64,000 nucleotides of DNA. Source: a virus. How positions within the stretch are numbered: position 1 is the stretch's first letter; each line of letters opens with the position of its first letter. The translations under genes and the position numbers were made by a program. Below the pieces are notes generated by a model that worked only from the letters and a program-made list of their open reading frames with translations, did not search any database and was not told where the DNA came from. The stretch spans positions 4,537-68,536 of the IMG/VR virus record IMGVR_UViG_3300042331_000508, one strand, 5' to 3'. Shown piece by piece: positions 1-10,516 of this stretch.

Positions 1-2
1 AA

Positions 3-485
3 ATCGACGCAAGGCAAGAAGCCATTGACGCGCTCAGAGCCGAAGCTGCGGCGAGGGTATCCGCCGAGCGAATCAAGCAGGACCAAGACAATGCCAACAC
101 GGCGCAACGGGTTCGCGGGGAAACTTTGGAGAAGATTGGCGAGGCGACGGGCGACCAAAGCAAAATCCAACAAGGGCGAGACATGCAAGATGAGGCTAAT
201 ATCCGAGAGAAAACAAGCGGCTACATCGCCGAAGGTATGGATGCCGGAGAAGCCGAAAACTTGGCCCGCCAAGAAGTGACGGCGGATCGCTTGCTCAAAG
301 AGCAGCAAAGCTACAGCACATTTGCCAGCGGCATAGGTGCCGTCGGCGGTGCGGCGGGAGAGACAGGCGGGACGGGCAGCACCGAAGAGGCCAGGCTGCT
401 GCGCGAGTTGATAAGGGTTGTAGAGAAAGATCCAGGACAAGCTGCGGCGCCTATGCCCGGCAGTTTGGCGCAAAATCAAAGATAA
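3..485 (+). CDS. C-terminal part of probable tail tape measure protein (runs off window start)
   Basis: Frame open from base 3; helical Ala/Glu/Gln/Arg-rich; directly precedes tail genes. Confidence 0.55.
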   Translation: MDARQEAIDALRAEAAARVSAERIKQDQDNANTAQRVRGETLEKIGEATGDQSKIQQGRDMQDEANIREKTSGYIAEGMDAGEAENLARQEVTADRLLKEQQSYSTFASGIGAVGGAAGETGGTGSTEEARLLRELIRVVEKDPGQAAAPMPGSLAQNQR

Positions 486-486
486 A

Positions 487-1203
487 ATGAACAGAGGTCT
501 TCAGGAAAAGGGCAGCATACCGGTTGAATACTTGGAGCGGTTTAGCATCGACCGCATCGGGTTTGGTATTGCGGTTCGGAAGACGCTGAAAAGATTGGAG
601 GAGGTCACGCAAAATCCAGAGACCGATTTAACCGGGGAGTTCATGGGCATGCCGCACGTGCGCCGTGAAATCGAGGCATCACCCGATGGCGGGGTAGGCG
701 TCATCAGAGATTATTACGAGGGCCTTTTGCAAGACGGCAAGGAGCCCATTGAGGAAGTGGAGGGCTTTTTCGAGCAAGTCCCATTACAGGGACATCCCAA
801 CTTCAAATTTTTATTTGATAAATACGGGGGGTATTTCACGGCCAACGGCAACCTGCGGTGGCCGCCCAATCCGGATGCGACCTCTTCTGAGGGTTTGGTC
901 AGCAATGTTTCCGATGGCAAAAGCCTTGCGGGCATCGAAGGCTTTTTGCGCATGGGGTGCACGATCAGAAAGATATACTCATCGCGCGATGTGCCTGCTG
1001 GTATTTTTAGTGGCGTGGGCATCATATCGGAGCCAGAGGTCAGCAAAGTTCCCGCGCCTGCATCTGGAAGTCGCAACTATCTGTATGCACCGCCCAAGCT
1101 GCGCTGGCGCGGCAATGCATTCGAGATCACCCAAGAATGGATGTATAGCGGCCTGGGCGGATGGGTTGACGACATCTACGACGGCAGCACGGAGACCGGA
1201 TAA
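487..1203 (+). CDS. Putative tail protein (distal-tail position)
   Basis: 238 aa, follows tape measure, coupled to next ORF. Confidence 0.5.
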   Translation: MNRGLQEKGSIPVEYLERFSIDRIGFGIAVRKTLKRLEEVTQNPETDLTGEFMGMPHVRREIEASPDGGVGVIRDYYEGLLQDGKEPIEEVEGFFEQVPLQGHPNFKFLFDKYGGYFTANGNLRWPPNPDATSSEGLVSNVSDGKSLAGIEGFLRMGCTIRKIYSSRDVPAGIFSGVGIISEPEVSKVPAPASGSRNYLYAPPKLRWRGNAFEITQEWMYSGLGGWVDDIYDGSTETG

Positions 1204-1730
1204 TGATCACAGGCGGTCGCGGCGCATTCACTACCACGTTCCCTGATGGCACCACGGGCATCACCTACCAGCCGTTTGCCGAGGACTATGAGCCTGCGTG
1301 GATGGTGAGACATACCAATGAAGGAATGACCGTGGGATTTGGCACCGTCAATCTCATCGAGGCGGTGATAGGCGACAAGAGAATCGGCGGGGTCAATCCT
1401 GACGGCAGCATCTTTAAGCAGCCCACGATAGGGTTCCCCGCGCCCGGACACTATATTTACGTCAAGGTAGTCGTCGGCGACCGGTTAGACAGAATTGAAA
1501 AAGTCGAAATCATGAGTGGGGCGGCGGTAGATTTGACCAATGGTGAATACCCCATTGCTTATTTCTACACCGATCAAGACATGACGCAGGAGGGTTTGGG
1601 TTTTGAAGAGGGCAAGGCCGTAGGCCGGTTTTTGCAAATCGCCCATTTTCACCTGCGCTATCAAGTGAGAAAAAACAAACCGTATATTTTTCCCACCAAT
1701 GGGTTCGGAGGCTGGGCCATCAAAGAATGA
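1203..1730 (+). CDS. Hypothetical tail protein, paralog 1
   Basis: 175 aa; VGFGTVN and YPIAYF..FLQIAHFHLRY motifs shared with next ORF. Confidence 0.55.
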   Translation: MITGGRGAFTTTFPDGTTGITYQPFAEDYEPAWMVRHTNEGMTVGFGTVNLIEAVIGDKRIGGVNPDGSIFKQPTIGFPAPGHYIYVKVVVGDRLDRIEKVEIMSGAAVDLTNGEYPIAYFYTDQDMTQEGLGFEEGKAVGRFLQIAHFHLRYQVRKNKPYIFPTNGFGGWAIKE

Positions 1731-2221
1731 ATAGCGGAGCGATTTTCGAGAAGGATGGCCACGGAATATTCGGCTGTTTCCGGCCGTATTCCGATTTTCA
1801 TCCTGTCTTTCAGGTGACGCCGTTAAGTAAGGGCGTGGTGAGAATTGGCGCGGGTATGATCAACGGGAAATTTATACCACCAACCAAAGCTGCTGGGCCG
1901 ACAAAATACGACATGCAATACAGAGCATGGATGTGCATCAAAACTCGCGTGACCGGCAATTTGGAGGATGGCTATGCTTTTCGTGGCATATCTTATGAAA
2001 GCACCGATTCATTTTTGAGCGAGGTGGAAACGGCGGCGACCGCCATGCGCGCTTTCAAGAGACAAGATGAGTTTGTCTGCTATTATCCCATTGCGATGTT
2101 TCGTCCCAATGGGGAATTCCATCAAATTGTGAATTTTCCCCTCAACTATATGGTGGGAGAGCCGCGCTATGACGGCGTGAGTCGCATCGGAGGCATCAGT
2201 CATTATTGGTTTGCAGCATGA
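1727..2221 (+). CDS. Hypothetical tail protein, paralog 2
   Basis: 164 aa; ATGA overlaps; IGAGMING and YPIAMF..FHQIVNFPLNY. Confidence 0.55.
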   Translation: MNSGAIFEKDGHGIFGCFRPYSDFHPVFQVTPLSKGVVRIGAGMINGKFIPPTKAAGPTKYDMQYRAWMCIKTRVTGNLEDGYAFRGISYESTDSFLSEVETAATAMRAFKRQDEFVCYYPIAMFRPNGEFHQIVNFPLNYMVGEPRYDGVSRIGGISHYWFAA

Positions 2222-3636
2222 AAACATTTTCGAAAGAAGACATCGGTTTCATGGCGGGCAGGTTTGACGAGGATTTCTTCCGTCGTTCCGGCCGCGCCAA
2301 AACTTGGGAGTCTATTGAAAAAACGCTGTCGGGCATTGAAGTGCCCGATTTAGAAATCATCAACCAAGAGCCCGACCCGAGATTGCGCGCCATTGCCAGC
2401 GCAGCCGAGACGGCAATCAACAGCGCGATTAATGGAATCAAAAATATTGCCTTCAAAACAGGTCACATGCTGTCCGAGGTCGGCAGCTACCTCTCCGGAG
2501 TTCAGCAATATGCCGTCAACGGAGGCATTGGTGCGAGCGTGGCTGGTCGCCGTGGTGCATACATCGTAAGCCTGAATGACGAGACGGAATATCAGCACGC
2601 GTGGTATGTCACTGCATGGTATAATAAAGGAAGCGACGAAAAAGAAGCGGGCTGGGAGTTGTCGATCAAGCCAGGGTTTTGCAACGGAATAGATCCCGCC
2701 ATCTACGCGCAGCGGGCCAATGGCTACAATCCGTTTTCCGTTTACAAAACCTTCACCAGCGGGTTGGGCGCTTCCGGAGGAGCCGCTTCCGAATCGGGAG
2801 GCGTCAACGCCCTTTTCACTACGCCTCTGGGCGAAACCAATGCGGCCGATTGGATCGAGCTGTCGCGTGGGCCCGTATCGAAAGTGCAGGGATTTGCCAA
2901 TGATCAACGCTTGCCCGAGTTTTTCGCGCGTCAAAACGGATACAATCCCAACGTGGATCTGGCATCTGGCGCGGAGAGCACGGCGCAGTTACTTGCGCAA
3001 CTTGGTTTCCAAATTACCAACAACGGCGTAACCCAAGATCTTACCTCGGGAAGCAGGGCGGCGAATGCTCGCCAAGTCGTAGCCCAAGATTTTTGGCTGG
3101 AGGTCCCGCGCGCCGCCTATCGGACCACTGTGGACATTATCGCCAATCCACTAACGGGGCAGCTTGTAGACTACAATACGGTGTTTGACACTGGCGTGTT
3201 GGATCAGCGCCAAGGACAGGTGCGAATTTACCAAGGAAAAGTGCCGCAAGGTAGGGATGTTGAGGGAGTGCTGTCGGCTCGTATTTTGAGCGGAGACCTT
3301 GATCCCTCGGACCCCGGCGTGGACATGATACCGTTGTTTACCTTCTATTTGATGCAGCCGCCTGTGGCAAGTCGGCCAAAGGACGATGACGGTAAGCCCA
3401 ACGGATCGTGGGCCCCCTTTGTGCAGTATCACACCACTTGGAACGTCAATCACGGCGTGAGGAATTCTCCACCGATCAACATCAATGCCTCCGCGCCGAT
3501 TGAGTTGACTACGGCATTCTTTGTGGGCCGGTTTACCCTTGCTGCGGGTGCCTTGGGTGCGGTCACAGCTGAATTTGACAGAATTCTCAACACCGCAATG
3601 AACAACATCAACTCTGGGAGGCTGTGGACTAGTTGA
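2218..3636 (+). CDS. Putative tail/baseplate protein
   Basis: ATG 2218 overlaps upstream stop (ATGA); about 472 aa in tail operon. Confidence 0.55.
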   Translation: MKTFSKEDIGFMAGRFDEDFFRRSGRAKTWESIEKTLSGIEVPDLEIINQEPDPRLRAIASAAETAINSAINGIKNIAFKTGHMLSEVGSYLSGVQQYAVNGGIGASVAGRRGAYIVSLNDETEYQHAWYVTAWYNKGSDEKEAGWELSIKPGFCNGIDPAIYAQRANGYNPFSVYKTFTSGLGASGGAASESGGVNALFTTPLGETNAADWIELSRGPVSKVQGFANDQRLPEFFARQNGYNPNVDLASGAESTAQLLAQLGFQITNNGVTQDLTSGSRAANARQVVAQDFWLEVPRAAYRTTVDIIANPLTGQLVDYNTVFDTGVLDQRQGQVRIYQGKVPQGRDVEGVLSARILSGDLDPSDPGVDMIPLFTFYLMQPPVASRPKDDDGKPNGSWAPFVQYHTTWNVNHGVRNSPPININASAPIELTTAFFVGRFTLAAGALGAVTAEFDRILNTAMNNINSGRLWTS

Positions 3637-3878
3637 GCACGGTGCGCCGGTATTGGGCGCCGCCCAATCCAAAAGTCAGAAATTTTGATCAGTTTGGCCT
3701 CAACAAAGGGTCAAGAGTCGCTGCTCAAAACGCGGCAACGAAGGCATCGAAACAGTTGCCGATCAGTCTGAACCGGCCGCTTCCGTATGCGGCGGGAGAA
3801 TTTGACGGCGGCTACTTCAACGCGGTTTATGTGGATAAGATGGAGGAGCTTCCTCCCATCGTGGGTCTCCTTGGTTGA
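3633..3878 (+). CDS. Hypothetical protein
   Basis: 81 aa filling the gap in the operon, TTG start overlapping upstream stop. Confidence 0.45.
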   Translation: MSTVRRYWAPPNPKVRNFDQFGLNKGSRVAAQNAATKASKQLPISLNRPLPYAAGEFDGGYFNAVYVDKMEELPPIVGLLG

Positions 3879-3894
3879 CATAAGAGAGAAGTAA

Positions 3895-6711
3895 ATGGCC
3901 ACCAAGAGCAGGACGATCATCTACGCCGATCTGGCCAAGAGAAAGCCCGCGACCGGTGTCGATGGCGCACCCATGACCCTGCCGGAGATTCAGGCGGGGC
4001 AGGTATGGACAATTGCTCTGCGATTTATCGACATCATCAACTCTCGATATGCGGAGATCACGCCTCGGATCAGAAGCGTCAAGGCGGCCGTTGGTTTCGC
4101 CGACATGCGGCCGTCCGGAGGCGATTTTGCCTTGAGAGTTGGCACGGCGACGACGGCCCCTATTCCGCACTCCGCCGATGCGCGTCGGGTAGAGCGCGAA
4201 CTAAACGGACTCCATTTTGGAACCTACAAAGTCGGTTTTGACAGAGGGACTTACATTGTAGAGCGGCTTGATATTCCAAACCAATACACAATGTCGGTGG
4301 CGGATAACCGACTGTTCCCGCGAACTTTTGTCAATATCAATCAGCGCTTTTACAGTGACGGGCGATTTGTCCAAGAACTGCGCTTGAATCAGTCGCCGCT
4401 TGTTTTCTCAGATTCAGCGGCAGAGGCTTTGCCCGATCCTCCCTTTGTGAGGACGGTGCAGGATGGCTATACAAGCCAAGACGGAACTTGGTATGTGAAC
4501 GAAATTCAGGAACTTGTTATTCCTGCCGACTTCACCAAGGGCACGTATCAGCTCCTATTTTACGATAGAGGCTATGATGCCTTGCCGCGGCGCACTACCT
4601 TGTTGACTCTTTCGGATGGCGCGCCGCAAATTCAAGAAGCGCTGAACCGCATTCTTGCAAGCCTGCCTTACCCTGGGCGAGTCAAAGTAGAAAACCCATC
4701 TAATGGCGTAGCCCGCATCACTTTTGGGCAAGGGGGGCTCAATGACGGAACGGCGGGTGCCGATGTGCCGGAAATGAGGGTTTTCGTGCCGATCGGCGGG
4801 ACGCCTACTCCCGACAGGACGCTCACGCTGAATTTTGATACCCAAGAAGTATGGTCGGCCCTGCGCGAGAAAGAGTCGATTCAAGTTCCTTTCGAGTTGG
4901 AAATTGAGGTGTATAAGGACTCGCGCAATCTCGCCTTGGGCGTCGATGTCGTCAAAGTGTGGAGCCAGCCGCTTACTCTCAAAAGAACCACCCTTTATCC
5001 TGCGCTGGCATCGCCGCAAAACATTGATTGGCTACGCCCTCCGGAGCCGAAAACCTACCTGCCTTTTGATTCAAACTCCATATCCATCGGGCACCGGCAC
5101 TATACGGCCGTCATACCGGCGGGCACTGAACAGATAGAAGTTGATCACAATCTAAATACACCGTATGTGCATGTTACAATGTGGGAAGGTGCCTTCCCAT
5201 CAAGCGGAACACCCAACTACAGTGTAGGGAATGGCGGCATAGGCTTTGTCAGAAAACTAGAAGCTACAGGCTTGAAGCCATTTGGCGAGACGATGCCTGA
5301 AGTCCCAGGCTACTACATATCTCAAGAATCAGCTGATAGTATAAATATACGATTTGGAACGGCTCTTGCTCCTACTTCTAACGTGCCGGGAAGCCCAGAG
5401 TCCGAGTGGAGATGGAGTTTGAAGCCGATTCCAGAGCCAGTGACCGTTGTAATAACCACTGCTTATCAAGCTGGAACTTTCCAGCAACATACTCACACCA
5501 TTGACGATATTCCGGTGGTAGAGGGCTTGTTTGACGAGCTGGGCACTAGAATAACAAAGCTCGAAAGACTTCTGCCGAGAGATGGTGTGGCAAGTGTGAC
5601 GGCGGAGGTTCCGCCCAAACCTGCGGAGTTTAAGGTTCCGTCGGTGGGCGAGGTGCTGCCAGACCTCCTGACTCTTGATTACGTCAACGAAAGGTCGGCG
5701 ACCTTGAGTTCGCAGTTGGTCGTGAAAAACGATCAGCGCAATGAGGTTGCGGCTCCATCTGGGACGAATGTCAAAACACAGCAGGAGCAAGCGCAAACCA
5801 AGCAAGACAACATTAAGAAGGACAAAGACGCTTTGCCCGCCAACACTCTTTTCCGCGCGATTCTTTCGGGAGTCGGCCAGCCCGCTCAGCGCGGACAGTC
5901 GGAAATCAAAGATGCCCAAGGCAACATCCTGCAACCGGCCGTCACGGAAACCAGTGCCAATCCTTCGCTGTGGCCTCCGCGTCCGGCCGGATCGTTGAAA
6001 TACCCTCTATTGCTCAGTTCCGTAGACAAGGAGAATCCATTGGATGTGACTACCCTGCCTTCTACCTCTGGGATTTATCGCAATATTTTGAATGAAACCT
6101 TGGTTATCCCCGGTGGCAGCGGACGCAAATCGCAGAAGGTTCCCAATGGTGGGCTGTTCGTTTGCAATCGCAGCGGCGTCTATTATCGGGTCAACGAATC
6201 AGAGAACGCCTACCATCCCTTAGAATTCGATCGGGAACTGTGGAGAGTCTTCGTTGGATCAGCGCAATTCCCAGTGCAGTCACGAATGTTTGCCGAGGGT
6301 GAATTGCGCGTTCGTTTGGTCGGCGAGTTCTTTGATGACGATGCGCGAGATATTGAGCAGGTTCGCTTGGCCGCCCAATACAAACTAAAGTGCGAGGCCC
6401 TGATCATGGACGCGGATGATTTGATGGGCGAAGTCTTGCAGACGGTGGTTTTGGGTGAGACGCGCGTGGCCCTCAGTCCAGGCTATGAAACGATGCCATG
6501 GCAGCTGAGCATATCGAACACTGCGGAGGGCATTAGCAGCACGTGGACCGCCTACCAGAATTCCTTTTCAAGCGATCTTTTCCGCGTGCCAGCCATTGTC
6601 CGGCTCCGGCTCTGTGAGTTCGACGTTGACAACGAGTCGGATGATACGGTGCCGCGAGGCCAAGTCGCGCTGGTCATGCCGCAAACCACACTTTCAATAA
6701 CAATCATCTAA
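3895..6711 (+). CDS. Large tail/baseplate protein
   Basis: 938 aa; BppU-like N-terminus, VDHNLNT and HTHTIDDI tail motifs. Confidence 0.6.
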   Translation: MATKSRTIIYADLAKRKPATGVDGAPMTLPEIQAGQVWTIALRFIDIINSRYAEITPRIRSVKAAVGFADMRPSGGDFALRVGTATTAPIPHSADARRVERELNGLHFGTYKVGFDRGTYIVERLDIPNQYTMSVADNRLFPRTFVNINQRFYSDGRFVQELRLNQSPLVFSDSAAEALPDPPFVRTVQDGYTSQDGTWYVNEIQELVIPADFTKGTYQLLFYDRGYDALPRRTTLLTLSDGAPQIQEALNRILASLPYPGRVKVENPSNGVARITFGQGGLNDGTAGADVPEMRVFVPIGGTPTPDRTLTLNFDTQEVWSALREKESIQVPFELEIEVYKDSRNLALGVDVVKVWSQPLTLKRTTLYPALASPQNIDWLRPPEPKTYLPFDSNSISIGHRHYTAVIPAGTEQIEVDHNLNTPYVHVTMWEGAFPSSGTPNYSVGNGGIGFVRKLEATGLKPFGETMPEVPGYYISQESADSINIRFGTALAPTSNVPGSPESEWRWSLKPIPEPVTVVITTAYQAGTFQQHTHTIDDIPVVEGLFDELGTRITKLERLLPRDGVASVTAEVPPKPAEFKVPSVGEVLPDLLTLDYVNERSATLSSQLVVKNDQRNEVAAPSGTNVKTQQEQAQTKQDNIKKDKDALPANTLFRAILSGVGQPAQRGQSEIKDAQGNILQPAVTETSANPSLWPPRPAGSLKYPLLLSSVDKENPLDVTTLPSTSGIYRNILNETLVIPGGSGRKSQKVPNGGLFVCNRSGVYYRVNESENAYHPLEFDRELWRVFVGSAQFPVQSRMFAEGELRVRLVGEFFDDDARDIEQVRLAAQYKLKCEALIMDADDLMGEVLQTVVLGETRVALSPGYETMPWQLSISNTAEGISSTWTAYQNSFSSDLFRVPAIVRLRLCEFDVDNESDDTVPRGQVALVMPQTTLSITII

Positions 6712-6713
6712 AT

Positions 6714-7574
6714 ATGGCTCTTTTAACCAGCGGTATTTCTTCGATTGATAGGCTGCCTGCCCCGGCGCTTGGGCTTCTTCCTGCCGTCCACGATGCAACA
6801 GTCGAGCTGTATGTTGGCACGACAATGGTCTACGGAACGTCTAACGGATTAGTCACGGGCACCGCCGTGCTCGCGCCACTGCCTCCATTGAGTAAAAATG
6901 CCGTGATTCAAGTTGCAGAGGACAGTCCGGTTGTAATACTGCCTCCATTTCAGGCATGGCCTTCGGCAAGACTAAGCCCTGGGGAGTATGCAGCCTGTGA
7001 TGGTCGGCTTTGGTATCCGGCAGTCCGGTATAAAAACACCAATTCGTATTACTCAAAAGCTTTTGAGAGACAGCTTTACACTTTTGCCTTCACTGCAATT
7101 TCATTGCCGTTGCGCACTTTCTGGACGCTGACGCGAAATTTTTCTTTCAGGCTCCTTTCCAACAATACGAACTCCGTATGGAACATTGTTTGGGAAGTTG
7201 GAGATCGCGCAACGGAAACCACCCCAGCACCGATTGGGCCCAACTTGCTTGGGTATGTATGGCGCGAGCCCCTGCTAGACGAGCAGGTGCATATCACGGA
7301 TGTAGCCAGCGAGCACAAACTTGGAGTGAGGCTTTATCGACAAGTCGGACAGGAAGATCCCACAAATCCGATTTCTCCCGAGTATTGGACTGGCAGCATC
7401 AATCGTTACGACAAGTGGGTCGCAGTAGGATCTGCACAGTTGCCGCGCACCACTGATTTTGTCCTGCGGGTTAGACTGTCTTGTTTCGATACGCAAAACG
7501 ACGTAGCCGATCCGCGCGGGTATGTAGCTTATTTCGCGTCTGATCCATCACAAACTCAATTCAACTTCAAATAG
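6714..7574 (+). CDS. Tail protein paralogous to C-terminal domain of upstream 938-aa protein
   Basis: 286 aa; FERQLY vs FDRELW, RLSCFD..PRG vs RLCEFD..PRG. Confidence 0.6.
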   Translation: MALLTSGISSIDRLPAPALGLLPAVHDATVELYVGTTMVYGTSNGLVTGTAVLAPLPPLSKNAVIQVAEDSPVVILPPFQAWPSARLSPGEYAACDGRLWYPAVRYKNTNSYYSKAFERQLYTFAFTAISLPLRTFWTLTRNFSFRLLSNNTNSVWNIVWEVGDRATETTPAPIGPNLLGYVWREPLLDEQVHITDVASEHKLGVRLYRQVGQEDPTNPISPEYWTGSINRYDKWVAVGSAQLPRTTDFVLRVRLSCFDTQNDVADPRGYVAYFASDPSQTQFNFK

Positions 7575-7577
7575 GCA

Positions 7578-8354
7578 ATGGCTGTTCCTGTAATATCTTC
7601 GACGCAAAGTGTTCTGGTTTACGGAGTGGGCCAGCAGTTTACTTATCAGCTGACGGCGACCAATAGTCCTTTTGAGTGGGGGTTTGGGTCTTCCGAGGCG
7701 GTCCCCACCGGAGTGTTTTTTGATACACTCACAGGCGCCATCACGGGTGCGGGGACTACTCCAGGCATTTACAATTTGACGGTGGCCGCGCGCAATTCCT
7801 CCGGCTGGAGCGTTCCAGTAAGCATAACCATCGGCATCTTCGAACCGGCATCGGGCGACGTGACCAGAGATGTCACGATCAACACTACCACATGGTCAGT
7901 GACAGCTTCCGACCCAGAAGCTGCCGTGGCGGCGGCGAGCAATTCCTCAGACCCATCGTTTGCTGCCGCAATTATCGCAGCGCGTTACGGCGATGATATT
8001 TTGTTCAAGGTGAACTTCAGCACGGCTGTGCCTTTGGTCATGGCCAAGTTTGCGCTGCGGGGGGCGGCCTCTGATCCGCCGTTCATCGAGACGGACGAGT
8101 TGGCCTTCCGCAAAATCACCACACAGACCGGCTCGACGTTTGCAACGGCGGCTTACGTTTATGTGTCGCTGGCCAATGCGCCGAGCTTGGCCTCATGGCT
8201 GGAGGACAAAGAGACCGAAACCACGATGCAAAACAATGTGACCTGTGAGTTTGAATTGGAGCTGGAGACTCCGGCGCAGACTCCAGGACCGGCGACACAG
8301 ATCATCACAACCCGCTCCTTTTTGATGAGGGTGGTCAAAGACACCATTAAGTGA
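7578..8354 (+). CDS. Putative Ig-domain (He_PIG-like) virion protein
   Basis: FTYQLTATNSP..PTGVFFDTLTGAITG..PGIYNLTVAARN motif. Confidence 0.7.
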   Translation: MAVPVISSTQSVLVYGVGQQFTYQLTATNSPFEWGFGSSEAVPTGVFFDTLTGAITGAGTTPGIYNLTVAARNSSGWSVPVSITIGIFEPASGDVTRDVTINTTTWSVTASDPEAAVAAASNSSDPSFAAAIIAARYGDDILFKVNFSTAVPLVMAKFALRGAASDPPFIETDELAFRKITTQTGSTFATAAYVYVSLANAPSLASWLEDKETETTMQNNVTCEFELELETPAQTPGPATQIITTRSFLMRVVKDTIK

Positions 8355-8357
8355 GCT

Positions 8358-8954
8358 ATGCCTGTTTCGATACCAAGCGGCGGAACGGGGGCCAACTTCA
8401 TTGCGAGTGCCTTGTATGCGGGCCGCATCGAAATCATCAGAGCGCGGGTGCTGGTGGGCGTCGATGATGGTCCGATAGCGACTGAGTATCTGGTTGATCG
8501 GCGTTTTAATGGTCAGTTTTTTCAAAACGCCCGCTTCAAGCGGCTGGGTTTTCTTCCTCCAGGCATCAGCTTTTTACCCGACAGCACCGGCATCAGGTTC
8601 TATGGGGTTCCGCAGGCCAGCGGGACGTATGAGGCGCTATTTGAAGGGCCGTATCCGGATAACTTTGTAGGCACAAGCACAGACGGCAACGCGCAAGTTG
8701 TGTGTCAAGCAACGCCACAGACGCCAAACGTGGGCATTCAGACGGGGCAGGTGTTCAGTTGGCTGGTCAGGTTTGTCGTGACCACGGTCAATGCGTTCGC
8801 CGTGCCCTTCGGTGTGGCTTACAGCTACATGCTTTCTTCAGACTCGGCTACCCACACTGCGAAGCGGGAGAGTTGGGGCAGCTCCAACGGATCTTCAACA
8901 TTTGCCACCGGAGTGCCCTCGGCTCCTGTGGTCCGTAATGTGACAATATCATGA
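8358..8954 (+). CDS. Ig-like virion protein
   Basis: 198 aa; LPPGISF..FYGVPQASGTY. Confidence 0.55.
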   Translation: MPVSIPSGGTGANFIASALYAGRIEIIRARVLVGVDDGPIATEYLVDRRFNGQFFQNARFKRLGFLPPGISFLPDSTGIRFYGVPQASGTYEALFEGPYPDNFVGTSTDGNAQVVCQATPQTPNVGIQTGQVFSWLVRFVVTTVNAFAVPFGVAYSYMLSSDSATHTAKRESWGSSNGSSTFATGVPSAPVVRNVTIS

Positions 8955-10516
8955 ACCTCCAAGTAAGAGCCTATATTGACCCGCCGCAAAGTGACGGCGG
9001 CTCGCCTATCACGGGGTATCAAGCCCGTGCGCCGTTCGCGACTTCCAATTGGTCGAACATCACGCGCGCGGCTGATGGTTTGGTCACAATCAATTTTGCC
9101 GCAAACGATGGCGATGCGTTGGATGTTTCGGTGCGGGCCGTGAACGCGACCGGCGCAGGCCAAGCAGGCACCTTGGTCTCGGGCCGTTTGACGAATACGG
9201 GCACGACCAACAATCCCGTTTGGCAAATAATCGGGGGTGTTTCCGATGGAACGCTGGTCATCGACATCAATACAGGAATCGACGTTCCGGTCAGCGGAGG
9301 CGAGGGTAGCGGCGATCCTCATTGGAGGATTTACATTGGGGGATCTTGTTACCATGAAGTCTTTGCCGCGGCGGTCGGCGGGCGGTGTGCTGATCGAAGC
9401 GCCGATGCGGAGGCGTATCAGTTGGCGAATGGCACGGCGGTTTCCATAGCGCAGTCATCCGTGGCCAACATCAATTTGCCGGTGGCACGATCGCGTTATC
9501 GGCTGCATGAGTTGTATCATGATCCTTACGCACCGTGGGCAGTAAATGCGTTTGGAGGGGGCGGGATTTCGCGGCAAGGAGCAAACGTCACTGTGTCCGC
9601 AGTGGGCCGCTCGCCATCGGTCGCTCCGGCGCCGGCCAATCACTATACCGCCGCCATTTACTATAGCGTTGACGGCACTAACCCGCAGGGCGGAGGTGGC
9701 AGGGCGGCCATGGGTCAAGTGGCGTCCATGATTTACATGGGTTCAGCGGAAATGGGAGATGTATGGCAAGCTACTATTCCTGCAACTGCCAAATACAAAA
9801 TAGGCGTGCATCGCAGCGTGGCTGACGCCGCTGCGCCACGCCAGTATTTTGCCACGTTCGATGACAACGCGGGCACGGATGAAATCTTGTATTTCTACGG
9901 AGAAAAAGACGGCGAATGGATGGCGGTCTATTACACATGCGTCGGAGACTTTCCCCTGACGGGCGGCATTGCCTATGTGATCAGTTCGGTAAGGGTTGAG
10001 ACTCACGCCGGACCTCAGACATTGCCCTTCACATGGAACGGCATCACCGCGCGCGGCGGCAATGGCTTTTGCGCTGTGGATGTTGGGACTTCTCTCAATT
10101 TGGATGTAATTGGCGGCGGCTATGCCATCATTCTCAAGCTGGCGACCAGTGGCGTGTCATTGCCGTGGTATGGCGGGTGGGGAGGAAGCATTGACGGTTT
10201 CGGCAATGCGGCGGTAGCGATTGGCTTGGATATTACCCGGGCAGATTTGGAAGCGGCGGCGGTCGATGGGCGAGGATCAGCTGCTTTTGACAAGGTGTGT
10301 TTTAACCGTGGCGAGTGGGCGCTGAATCCCGCCAGTGTCCCATGCATGGTAGGCAGGCCTCATCGGTTTGATGATGTGGAGCGCGCTTTTTGGCCGGTGC
10401 CTCCAGGGGGATGGGGCGGTTGGAAACCGGAGGACTGGCAGCTTGACCCGAATGATCCTTGGCAGCCCGATCCGCGAGACAACCCTGTGAGCGGGATGCC
10501 TGTTGGTCGGCCATGA
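8951..10516 (+). CDS. Fibronectin type III-containing virion/tail protein
   Basis: PPQSDGGSPITGY..VRAVNATGAG FN3 signature; 521 aa. Confidence 0.65.
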   Translation: MNLQVRAYIDPPQSDGGSPITGYQARAPFATSNWSNITRAADGLVTINFAANDGDALDVSVRAVNATGAGQAGTLVSGRLTNTGTTNNPVWQIIGGVSDGTLVIDINTGIDVPVSGGEGSGDPHWRIYIGGSCYHEVFAAAVGGRCADRSADAEAYQLANGTAVSIAQSSVANINLPVARSRYRLHELYHDPYAPWAVNAFGGGGISRQGANVTVSAVGRSPSVAPAPANHYTAAIYYSVDGTNPQGGGGRAAMGQVASMIYMGSAEMGDVWQATIPATAKYKIGVHRSVADAAAPRQYFATFDDNAGTDEILYFYGEKDGEWMAVYYTCVGDFPLTGGIAYVISSVRVETHAGPQTLPFTWNGITARGGNGFCAVDVGTSLNLDVIGGGYAIILKLATSGVSLPWYGGWGGSIDGFGNAAVAIGLDITRADLEAAAVDGRGSAAFDKVCFNRGEWALNPASVPCMVGRPHRFDDVERAFWPVPPGGWGGWKPEDWQLDPNDPWQPDPRDNPVSGMPVGRP

